Shown here piece by piece: positions 1-7,746 of a DNA stretch of 40,007 nt. Position 1 is the first letter of the stretch; each line of letters opens with the position of its first letter. The DNA is from an uncultured Candidatus Poseidoniales archaeon (lineage in GTDB: Archaea > Thermoplasmatota > Poseidoniia > Poseidoniales > Poseidoniaceae), in NCBI GenBank assembly GCA_964015895.1, contig CAXHFO010000001.1, positions 1 through 40,007 on the forward strand. The letters are read 5' to 3'. The notes under the pieces are model-generated. The model was not told where the DNA came from and did not search any database. It saw nothing but the letters and a program-made list of their open reading frames with translations. A program made the translations under genes and the position numbers.

Positions 1-45
1 ACACTCGAACCTTCGTCGGCAGCGTCAGATGTGTATAAGAGACAG
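1..45. other. Non-biological: Illumina Nextera (Tn5) adapter, i5/read-1 side
   Basis: Reads ACAC | TCGAACCT | TCGTCGGCAGCGTC | AGATGTGTATAAGAGACAG. These are the end of P5, an 8-nt index slot, the read-1 primer site and the 19-bp Tn5 mosaic end. Genomic sequence begins at 46. Confidence 0.95.
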
Positions 46-463
46 ATTGTGGTAAAACCCAGTTGGGCCAGATTTCACTTTGTGAATCCCTCGACACAAT
101 AACCATGACAGGCCTGGGCAATTCAGCAAGGAACTCCTCAATAGGCTTGGAAGTAGAAGGCATCATCACACCATCTCGCAAATCTACCGCAAGCCATGCT
201 GTTGGATATTGCTCCATCCAAGCATTGAGCTCCGCTTCAATTCCTTGAGGAGGAACCCCTTGTCTAACGCTGGCCAAAAATTCCCAGCTATTGATACAAT
301 GACGCTCCAAATCAGTCCACATAAATATCCTAGGCTGAACTGCGAGTAATGCTACTTGTTCAATAGCCTCCAGTTCAGTCACACATACCGGTTGAAATGG
401 CATTGGCATTGGCAAAGGATGTTTCCAATTAGACTCCACCTCTAACGGTTCTTTACGGCGCAT
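46..463 (-). CDS. Hypothetical protein, 3'-truncated by the contig end (MRRKEPLEVESNWKHPLPMPMPFQPVCVTELEAIEQ...)
   Basis: Manual reverse translation from the ATG at 463..461 stays open to position 46 and runs into the adapter. It is absent from the ORF track because no stop is reached. No family recognised. Confidence 0.5.
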
Positions 464-571
464 AAAGAGTCCTAATACCCTTTATCGTTTGAATATCACT
501 GATGTATGATTTGTCCCCAATTAGCCTAAAACAATGCCAACCTTCATGCCCTTCATTCATTTCAGAGTAAC

Positions 572-1495
572 ATGGCAAACGGCAATAATCCACCTCCACC
601 TTCGCCGCCGGGTGGTTCAATGATGATGATGCTAATGGTCATGGTCTTGATGACATTACTGATTATGAACCCCGGAATAAGAACAACAATGGGTGGGATT
701 GCCGACCCGCTCCTATCACCAATACTTCCAGAAGAATCCTTTTTCATCATCACTGTACTTATTTTGGGTACTATGTCTATGTTAATGAATACGGTTTTGA
801 GAAGTTTCTTCCTTGACCCAATTGAACAAGCCCACATTGGGCACAGGCAAGGGCAAGTACGACGAATGATGAATGATGCAAGGATTTCAAGAGATCCAAT
901 ACTACAAGAAAAAGCAACTGTTTTGCAACAACAAATGATGCCTGAGCAATTAAAGGTCCAAATGGGTGCTATGAAACCAATGATGTTCACGATGGTAATT
1001 ATTATTGCAGTATTTTCTTGGTTAACCACCACAGTTGAATCATTTAGAGTTGACTATGTATCATTACCTTGGGCATCAGAATGGAATTTACTAACCGACA
1101 AATTTCTCTTTTTCCCAGCTTGGATTTGTGCTTACATTTGCATGAGCGCACCCTTTGGAAGGGTTGTAGATCGCCACATCAAACTAATTCGTTATCGAAC
1201 CCACCCTGTAGTCTCATCAGGAGATAAGTTGAAAGAACCATTACTTCATTTAGTGGCAAATCAAGATAAAGCCGTTGATAAAAACGCTAAACGACGTAGG
1301 CAAAAAAGCAAATCACATACTAAGAAAAAGACATCAGTCGACACCCCTAAGAACACGACAAGTAACAAAACTAACAAAACTGAAACCTACTCTGGTGTTG
1401 AAGGATTAACTTGTCCAAAATGTGGTGTTGATATGATTAGCAAAGCAGGACCTCGTAAGAAAAAGTGTGATGTTTGTCGACACCAATGGGTGTGA
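572..1495 (+). CDS. DUF106 / EMC3-Oxa1-like membrane protein insertase homologue with a C-terminal polybasic tail and zinc ribbon
   Basis: Met-rich TM1, then a long amphipathic segment (QGQVRRMMNDARISRDPILQEKATVLQQQMMPEQLKVQMGAMKPMM), then TM2 and TM3, as in archaeal DUF106 proteins. It sits immediately upstream of cmk, the usual position at the tail of the archaeal spc cluster. The extra C-terminus carries KRRRQKSKSHTKKK and CPKC-x14-CDVC. Confidence 0.7.
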   Translation: MANGNNPPPPSPPGGSMMMMLMVMVLMTLLIMNPGIRTTMGGIADPLLSPILPEESFFIITVLILGTMSMLMNTVLRSFFLDPIEQAHIGHRQGQVRRMMNDARISRDPILQEKATVLQQQMMPEQLKVQMGAMKPMMFTMVIIIAVFSWLTTTVESFRVDYVSLPWASEWNLLTDKFLFFPAWICAYICMSAPFGRVVDRHIKLIRYRTHPVVSSGDKLKEPLLHLVANQDKAVDKNAKRRRQKSKSHTKKKTSVDTPKNTTSNKTNKTETYSGVEGLTCPKCGVDMISKAGPRKKKCDVCRHQWV

Positions 1496-1497
1496 AT

Positions 1498-2031
1498 ATG
1501 GCAAAAGTAACCATTTCAGGATATCCTGGAAGTGGCACGACAACTCTGGTTAGTGGACTGGTCAACCATTTTGATTGGCAATCTATCAATGGTGGTCAAA
1601 TTTTCCGCGATGAGGCTAGCAATCGAGGTCTAACATTGGCTGAATTTGGTAAGTTATGCGTTGAGGATGAATCTGTTGACAAAGAACTCGATGAAATACT
1701 GCGAAAAAATATTTCAGGCAATGATGTTGAAATCATTGAATCGCGTCTGGCAGGATGGTGGGCATATAGATTAGAATCTGACTCAGTAAGAATATGGGTA
1801 GAGGTTAACGAACATGAACGGGCCAAACGAGTTATATCTCGTGAAGGTGGTAGTTTAGAGGATGTTCTAGAAGCGAATGCTAAACGCTTGGCCATAGATA
1901 ATCAAAGATATCAAAACATGTATGGTCTTACTCCTGATGACCCATTGGCTTATACCCATATCATTGAAGCCTCGAACATTAGTGCAGAGGATGTCCTATC
2001 CCAAGCAATAAAAATCCTAGAGGGGAAATGA
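1498..2031 (+). CDS. cmk: Cytidylate kinase, archaeal type
   Basis: P-loop ISGYPGSGTTT, then GGQIFRDEA, ESRLAGWW and ERAKRVISREG, typical of archaeal CMP kinases. ATG at 1498 is preferred over the track start at 1474, which overlaps the upstream gene. Confidence 0.8.
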   Translation: MAKVTISGYPGSGTTTLVSGLVNHFDWQSINGGQIFRDEASNRGLTLAEFGKLCVEDESVDKELDEILRKNISGNDVEIIESRLAGWWAYRLESDSVRIWVEVNEHERAKRVISREGGSLEDVLEANAKRLAIDNQRYQNMYGLTPDDPLAYTHIIEASNISAEDVLSQAIKILEGK

Positions 2032-2032
2032 T

Positions 2033-3001
2033 ATGACAAGAATCGTAATCGATAAAACCACCAAAATAGATTCTGCCCACGGGTTTAATCCTGAAACCTG
2101 TTCAATAGAACAAAGATTAGCCTCTGGTTTCATTTTACTTGATAAAGCAGCAGGACCAACCTCACATCAAGTAGCGGCTTGGGTAAGGGACATGCTAGGA
2201 TTGGAAAGGTTAGGTCATGGGGGGACCTTGGATCCATTTGCAACAGGCGTCTTACCATTGATGACTGGAAAAGCGATGAAATTAACTAAGGGTATTTTGA
2301 AATCTGATAAGACCTACATCAATGTACTAAAGTTTGCTGAGGAACCTGATTTAGGAAAATTAAATGATGTCATAAAGAAATTAACTGGTAGAATTTACAA
2401 TGTGCCTCCTGAAATCTCTGCGGTAAAAGTTCAGGTCCGTACACGTAAAATATATTCATTTGAGTTAATTGAATTAAAAGGCAAACAAGCTATTGTTAAA
2501 ATTCACTGTGAGGCTGGTACTTACATCAGAACTATTGCTAGAGATATGGGTCTTATGCTAGGGTTCAAGGTAGATTTGAAGGAATTACGTAGAGAAAACT
2601 CTGGTCGTTTTAATCTAGAAAATTGTGTTACATTGCAACAAGTAGCTGATGCAATATGGCTGTGGAAAGAATGTGGAAATTCAGCAGCATTATGCAAGAT
2701 TATTCATCCAACTGAGAAATTACTAATGGATATGCCCTACATTGTAGTAAAGGATAGTGCTGCAAGCGCATTATGCCATGGTGCCCCCTTGCTTCGTCCA
2801 GGGTTATTATCAATTGATTCAAAATTATCTAAAGGCCAAGAAGTAGCGGTGTTTACTTCTAAAAATGAAGTAGTCGGAGTAGTGAAAATGAATTACTCTG
2901 CGGATGAATTAACCAATATGGAGTCCGGAGAAATCGGTAAACCAGCAATGATCTTGATGGACCATGAGCGTTATCCGCCACAATGGCCTAAGCAAGAGTA
3001 A
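2033..3001 (+). CDS. cbf5: H/ACA RNP pseudouridine synthase Cbf5 (TruB family) with C-terminal PUA domain
   Basis: TruB catalytic motif GHGGTLDPFATGVLPL, then the C-terminal PUA-like segment IVVKDSAASALCHGAPL...VAVFTSKNEVVGV. The cmk-cbf5 adjacency is conserved in archaea. Confidence 0.9.
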   Translation: MTRIVIDKTTKIDSAHGFNPETCSIEQRLASGFILLDKAAGPTSHQVAAWVRDMLGLERLGHGGTLDPFATGVLPLMTGKAMKLTKGILKSDKTYINVLKFAEEPDLGKLNDVIKKLTGRIYNVPPEISAVKVQVRTRKIYSFELIELKGKQAIVKIHCEAGTYIRTIARDMGLMLGFKVDLKELRRENSGRFNLENCVTLQQVADAIWLWKECGNSAALCKIIHPTEKLLMDMPYIVVKDSAASALCHGAPLLRPGLLSIDSKLSKGQEVAVFTSKNEVVGVVKMNYSADELTNMESGEIGKPAMILMDHERYPPQWPKQE

Positions 3002-3200
3002 TCAAGCTTGTACGTATTCTTCGTAAATATACTCTTCAGTTTCAATTCTTATTTTCAATTCAGACATGTTCCCACATACTACTTTGTCAACCTAAGTTGA
3101 ACGACCCCCACAGTCTCAAAGTATTTCGGCCTTTAACGAACTGGTTATCAAATTATAGGCCTAATAACACATTATCCGACATACAACACCCGAATAAAAA

Positions 3201-5585
3201 TCAGTCTAACTTTTTGATTTTCCCTGGTGCTAGAACGGTAAAAAGACCAATTATTATCGCCAACCCGATGAATGTTGCAATCCACACAGTAGTGGCTTCA
3301 ATAGAGTCACTTGATGATGTTTTATCACTGTTAGAATCAAGGACTTCCACACTTACTGACTGAATATTATTATTTTCATCACCTTCTGAGACTTCATTTG
3401 CTCTGTCGACCTCCACTGAAATGGTGTTAGGACCACTTTGTGAAACCAACCAATCACAAGTAACTCCACCCAATTCACCAGGTTGTAAGATAGAAATAGA
3501 ACGTATTGCGATCAAATTATTACCACTCTGGCATCTTACAGAAATACTAGAGGCTTCTTCTTGACCTGAATTTCTAACATAAACTCTTATTCCAACTAAA
3601 TCTCCTTCTCGAATACTTTCCGGTGTAATCACTATTTGTTCAATTGATAATTCTGCTAGAGTGAGGACTTCCAGTAGCATTGTCCTATTAACACATGAAG
3701 ATTCATCACATAAAGTTACAATTATTGGTACTGAGGAAGATAATGATGGTGGATTAACCGTAATTGTCGAGGTACTAAGGTCTACCACTGCCCAAGTTTT
3801 GTCAGTGGTTACCGTCAAGCCAGTTGAATCAATGTCAAAATATGAAAAAGCGATAGTAGTTGATTTACCGGTTTCAACAGGAATAATGGAGGGAAACTCG
3901 TTAAGCGTTGGCAAATCATCAAGCTCCTCAACATATACCAAGAAAGTCTCTGTCCAAGAATTTGATGATTCATCAGAAACAGTTACTGTGATTGTGGTGA
4001 CACCAAATGTTTCAGGCATCAAAACCAACTTTATATCTTCTTGAACTATACTGGCAGAAACCAATGACTCATCAGCTACTGATAAGCTAACAGATAGGTT
4101 TTGGTTTGAAGTTCTATCATCTTGACAGGCATTCAAGAATGGAACCAATAATCCTGGTCCATCCTCAACAAAATATTGTGGACCAATGGTTTGACAAACT
4201 GGGTCTTCATCCCACTGAACCTCAAAGCCGCCGGAAACAGAAATAGAAGAAATCTCTAGTAACGTGGTGCTGGATTGGCCACTGGAATCCCAGTTAAACC
4301 ATGCTTGAATTTTTACTGTCAAGTCATTAATTCCAGAACTCATATATTGGCCAATTGAGATATTTAGCGTAAAATTACCTAATTGGTTAATTGACTGAAA
4401 AGTAGCTTCTTGATCATTGATAAATACTTTCCAACGAGAATAATCAGTTGCAAGCCCATCAATTGAGCCAAATATCTTACCAGTTAAGGAAATTTTAGGG
4501 TCGTTATAATCCAAAGCTATTGCCTCTAAACAATTACTAGATGTTGAAACTTTAATTTTAAGATAATTTGTATCAACCAAATTATTTGATTGTACAGAAT
4601 AATATTCGGAAAAACTTTGTCCATCATTTGAGTATGAAACCTCGACCAACAAATCACTGTTTTCATCTCCGGAATGAGTGTAATGAATACGACCTATTGT
4701 TTGTCCTGGCTCTGATGCAATAATCGGACTAATCCATGTACCAGATACTCCATCATTAACTGGTTTTATGCCGCATTCTGAAACTTGTAAATTAGTAAAA
4801 TCTCCGTCTTCTAAGGATACATCAATTATTGGCATCATGAAATTCATGGATGTAGATTCGACCGAAGCCCACTCGGTACCGTACCAAGGATACTTTACAG
4901 TAACAGCAATCCCAACTGCATCAACATCCAGTTGTGTATCATCAGTACCACCTAGTGAAACATAATCTAAAGTGAATATAATGTCGGTAAAATCATCCCA
5001 TGTCCATGATGTTAATTGCGAAACATTTTGCTGCCAAATGCTACCATTCATGTAATCAATTGCCGACTGTGTGTTGACATATGTTGCTAATTCTTCATAA
5101 TTACCGCCGTAATTCATAGTAATTCTTACTTGATCTTGTTGCAAAGGGCCAGGAATATGAAATGACATAATTATACTAACACCAACTATCTCATACTGTT
5201 CGTGTGATGATGTATCAAAGTCTGTCACTTGAATTACCGGACCATTAGTAGTGGAATATTGCTGGTCTGCTGAGCCAGTTGCTAATGTAGAGTCTGTGGG
5301 CGAGGTTGAAGACCACATAGTTACAGTTTGGAAATTATCTGGTCTTGAATGTTGTATAGTTATCCTGTTATCTTCCACCATCGATTCAGTGTATAGGGCA
5401 TTATTGTTGGTAAAGGTAATACTATCATCCATGAGCCAATTATCATTAGAAGATATTTGACCCTGTGGAAATATATCTACATCCTCTGTAGAATGTACAC
5501 TCCTTGCAGCAGCCTCTATGATACTTGAACACATCAGAAGAATTAGTACTGTCAAGACTGGAATTCTTGCCACACCATCCGCCAT
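3201..5585 (-). CDS. Large cell-surface protein: signal/anchor, beta-rich repeats, cadherin/Ig-like modules, CARDB domain, Ser/Thr linker, C-terminal TM anchor
   Basis: N-terminus MADGVARIPVLTVLILLMCSSIIEAAA looks like a signal peptide. A CARDB-like segment (IREGDLVGIRVYVRNSGQEEASSISVRC...LQPGELGGVTCDWLV...GPNTISVEVD) precedes SSSDSIEATT, a TM (VWIATFIGLAIIIGLFTVLA) and PGKIKKLD. The track offers an alternative TTG start at 5636. Confidence 0.75.
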   Translation of the reverse strand: MADGVARIPVLTVLILLMCSSIIEAAARSVHSTEDVDIFPQGQISSNDNWLMDDSITFTNNNALYTESMVEDNRITIQHSRPDNFQTVTMWSSTSPTDSTLATGSADQQYSTTNGPVIQVTDFDTSSHEQYEIVGVSIIMSFHIPGPLQQDQVRITMNYGGNYEELATYVNTQSAIDYMNGSIWQQNVSQLTSWTWDDFTDIIFTLDYVSLGGTDDTQLDVDAVGIAVTVKYPWYGTEWASVESTSMNFMMPIIDVSLEDGDFTNLQVSECGIKPVNDGVSGTWISPIIASEPGQTIGRIHYTHSGDENSDLLVEVSYSNDGQSFSEYYSVQSNNLVDTNYLKIKVSTSSNCLEAIALDYNDPKISLTGKIFGSIDGLATDYSRWKVFINDQEATFQSINQLGNFTLNISIGQYMSSGINDLTVKIQAWFNWDSSGQSSTTLLEISSISVSGGFEVQWDEDPVCQTIGPQYFVEDGPGLLVPFLNACQDDRTSNQNLSVSLSVADESLVSASIVQEDIKLVLMPETFGVTTITVTVSDESSNSWTETFLVYVEELDDLPTLNEFPSIIPVETGKSTTIAFSYFDIDSTGLTVTTDKTWAVVDLSTSTITVNPPSLSSSVPIIVTLCDESSCVNRTMLLEVLTLAELSIEQIVITPESIREGDLVGIRVYVRNSGQEEASSISVRCQSGNNLIAIRSISILQPGELGGVTCDWLVSQSGPNTISVEVDRANEVSEGDENNNIQSVSVEVLDSNSDKTSSSDSIEATTVWIATFIGLAIIIGLFTVLAPGKIKKLD

Positions 5586-5713
5586 GTTCTTTGCAGATTC
5601 TATTTTACTATTGAATGCAAGGGTGACTAGTGCCAAATTATTACCACATATCAGTCATTATTGTTAATCGGATTATTGAAATACCATACTAATCACGGTG
5701 AACTAACCTAGAT

Positions 5714-5789
5714 GGCTGTGGTGGTGTAGGGGTTAGCACGGGGGATTGTGGTTCCCCCAGCCCGGGTTCAATTCCCGGCCACGGCCCCA
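5714..5789 (+). tRNA. tRNA-His (anticodon GUG) with encoded G-1 and 3' CCA
   Basis: Manual cloverleaf: acceptor GCTGTGG/CCACGGC with one G-U pair, D stem GTGT/GCAC, anticodon stem GGGGA/TCCCC, loop TTGTGGT, T arm CCGGG-TTCAATT-CCCGG. An extra 5' G lies opposite discriminator C, followed by CCA. Confidence 0.9.
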
Positions 5790-5794
5790 TTGTT

Positions 5795-6424
5795 TTAATC
5801 AAGGGCTTTTTTATCTATAGAATGGCCCATTCGGTCTGCTTTAGTCTCCAAGTATGAGCGATTTTTATCACCGACTCCAACAATTAGAGGGACATTATTT
5901 ACTACGTTGATTCCATAAGATCTTAATTGCTCTGTTTTATTTGGATTATTCGAAAGTAAGGATACTTTGGAAATTCCAAGATTAGCCAGCATATTAGCTG
6001 CTATTTGGTAATCTCTTGCATCACCCGGATAACCCAACATAAGATTTGCATCTAAAGTATCTGCTCCCTTATCTTGGAGATGGTATGCTTGAATTTTAGC
6101 GTGTAGTCCAATACCTCTACCCTCCTGTCGCAAGTATAGCAAACATCCCCAGCCTTTTTCGACAATTGCATCCAATGCTGCGTGTAACTGTGGCCCACAA
6201 TCACACCGCAAACTACCAAAAGCGTCGCCTGTGAGACACTCCGAATGAACCCTTATCAAAACTGGATCGGGCCCTGTCATATCACCTAAGGTCAGTGCAA
6301 CATGGTCAAATCCAGTAGAATCTTCGTGAAACACTCTGATTGAAAAATCTCCAAATAATGTTGGAAGATTTGCTTGGCTAGGTACCTTAGAACCGTTAAC
6401 TTCTATTTCTCTTATTTCAGTCAT
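5795..6424 (-). CDS. ribA: GTP cyclohydrolase II (bacterial RibA type)
   Basis: Zinc and active-site motifs RVHSECLTGDAFGSLRCDCGPQL and LYLRQEGRGIGL are diagnostic of RibA. Confidence 0.9.
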   Translation of the reverse strand: MTEIREIEVNGSKVPSQANLPTLFGDFSIRVFHEDSTGFDHVALTLGDMTGPDPVLIRVHSECLTGDAFGSLRCDCGPQLHAALDAIVEKGWGCLLYLRQEGRGIGLHAKIQAYHLQDKGADTLDANLMLGYPGDARDYQIAANMLANLGISKVSLLSNNPNKTEQLRSYGINVVNNVPLIVGVGDKNRSYLETKADRMGHSIDKKALD

Positions 6425-6672
6425 TTTGAAACCTCTATGATAAATGTGAATTCTCCAGATGAATTAATTACATCATGCAAAATATGGTTGGTGCGTCCCA
6501 AGTACATTGGAATATCGTGAAGTGTTTCAGGGTCATCAGCAATAACTTGCATAACATCACCAAACTTTAGTTGCTCTAGACCTTTCTTCATTTCATGTAA
6601 CGGCACTGGGCAATAAAAACCCAAAACATCGAGATGATGGGTCACTTTTGTCGACACCTTGTTGCTGGACAT
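6421..6672 (-). CDS. TusA/SirA-like sulfur-carrier protein
   Basis: LDVLGFYCPVPLHEMKKGL contains the TusA CPxP cysteine motif. The 83-aa length from the ATG at 6672 fits the family. The track ORF extends to 6729. Its stop overlaps the ribA start by 4 nt (ATGA). Confidence 0.75.
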   Translation of the reverse strand: MSSNKVSTKVTHHLDVLGFYCPVPLHEMKKGLEQLKFGDVMQVIADDPETLHDIPMYLGRTNHILHDVINSSGEFTFIIEVSK

Positions 6673-6774
6673 AATCGTGTCAATTCTGTCCAAACGCTGT
6701 TGGTATACAAACCATGCGTTTTTTGACAACTACTCATACCGCATATTGATGAATAGTGACTTACAGGGAGGATT

Positions 6775-7746
6775 ATGACCAAGTCCACTGCTAAGTTGGG
6801 GGATAAGCAAGATTTGTCTTGGTCAGAAGTTTTGAGTTTGTCCAAAACCTACTTGAAAATCCCACTTGCCCTACTATTTGTCGAAGCCATTTATTGGTTC
6901 ATTACTCAACCATCTAATACATTAGTTCCCATTCAAATCACTGAGGCGTGGATTTGGAGCGGTATAACAAACATAATCTATGGTGAAGGCACCGCAACCC
7001 TGACCACTAATAATGGGTGGATGACGCAAGTTAATTTATCGAATGAAAATTTCCCCGGAGTGTTGAACACTGTGGCATTATATGTCTCTGATGAGTGTGC
7101 AGGCATACATGAAATGATCTTTATTTCAACACTGATAATCATGACTGATGGTGTTTCTCAGAAAATAAAATTGCGTTCCATAGTTGTAATGTGTTCAATT
7201 GTTTACGTACTTAATATCCTAAGGTTAGTGGCATTTTACCCCATAGCGGCAGATGCATGTGCTATTGACCCAAATAACCCTGCATGCTTAAATTCAATGT
7301 GGCAATTTCATGAAACTGTTTACACTTGGGGGTTCTTGTTGATACTAGTGCTAATGTGGCTGGTGTGGTTTTGGAAAGTTGGAGGGCCTGCAAGGGCAAT
7401 TAAATCATCGGGTGACAGTGATAAATATCGTATTTTTGTTAGAAAGTCTTGGAACAAAATAAATTTTGCAGTATTGGGATTTGTATTAATTATGTTAGCG
7501 GCGTCTGCATACTCAGTTACTACCAATGAACAAGCAATGGACGCTAAAGAAACGCTAGACTTTTGTTCGTATTCTAGTATATCTACCAATCAATGCATGG
7601 CTGCCCAAAATACCTGGGACAATGCAATAAATACTGCATGGTCACTGGCTGGAATTGGGTTACTGGTTGGAGCTTTTACCGTCTTTCAAATAGAAAAACG
7701 TAACACTCACGGGCACTGGCCTTCAGAAATAATTGAAAGCGAGTAA
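6775..7746 (+). CDS. Exosortase/archaeosortase-family transpeptidase with an extra C-terminal membrane/ectodomain extension
   Basis: Polytopic membrane protein with the family triad in order: Cys (YVSDECAGIHE), Arg (VLNILRLVAF) and His (WQFHETVYTWGF). GGGAGGA lies just upstream of the ATG. Confidence 0.7.
   Translation: MTKSTAKLGDKQDLSWSEVLSLSKTYLKIPLALLFVEAIYWFITQPSNTLVPIQITEAWIWSGITNIIYGEGTATLTTNNGWMTQVNLSNENFPGVLNTVALYVSDECAGIHEMIFISTLIIMTDGVSQKIKLRSIVVMCSIVYVLNILRLVAFYPIAADACAIDPNNPACLNSMWQFHETVYTWGFLLILVLMWLVWFWKVGGPARAIKSSGDSDKYRIFVRKSWNKINFAVLGFVLIMLAASAYSVTTNEQAMDAKETLDFCSYSSISTNQCMAAQNTWDNAINTAWSLAGIGLLVGAFTVFQIEKRNTHGHWPSEIIESE

Noticed and set aside
63-248. 61-aa plus-strand ORF near the 5' end
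   Set aside because: It lies within the longer open minus-strand frame (46..463), which has a proper ATG and more protein-like composition.
562-1032. 156-aa minus-strand ORF antisense to the DUF106 gene
   Set aside because: It is a mirror frame of a strongly supported gene. The composition is low-complexity (I/C/G-rich) and there are no motifs.
1596-1895. 99-aa ORF antisense to cmk
   Set aside because: It is antisense to a motif-supported gene and its Ser/Arg-rich shadow-frame composition looks non-coding.
3002-3067. 21-aa minus-strand ORF (MSELKIRIETEEYIYEEYVQA) and a possible H/ACA guide RNA in the 200-nt spacer after cbf5
   Set aside because: The ORF is too short and has no supporting signal. 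I found only a 5-bp GGCCT/AGGCC stem, with no convincing pocket, K-turn or ACA box.
3201-3330. PGF-CTERM or another known archaeosortase sorting signal at the C-termini of exported proteins
   Set aside because: The C-termini do not contain PGF, PEF or VPxxxP motifs. I report this only as an open question under the archaeosortase finding.
3097-5460. Plus-strand ORFs 3097..3363, 3661..4044, 4768..4965 and 5251..5460
   Set aside because: All are shadow frames inside, or overlapping the end of, the 811-aa surface-protein gene. No motifs.
6642-6845. 67-aa minus-strand ORF spanning the tusA-like/archaeosortase spacer
   Set aside because: It overlaps both better-supported genes and their divergent promoter region.
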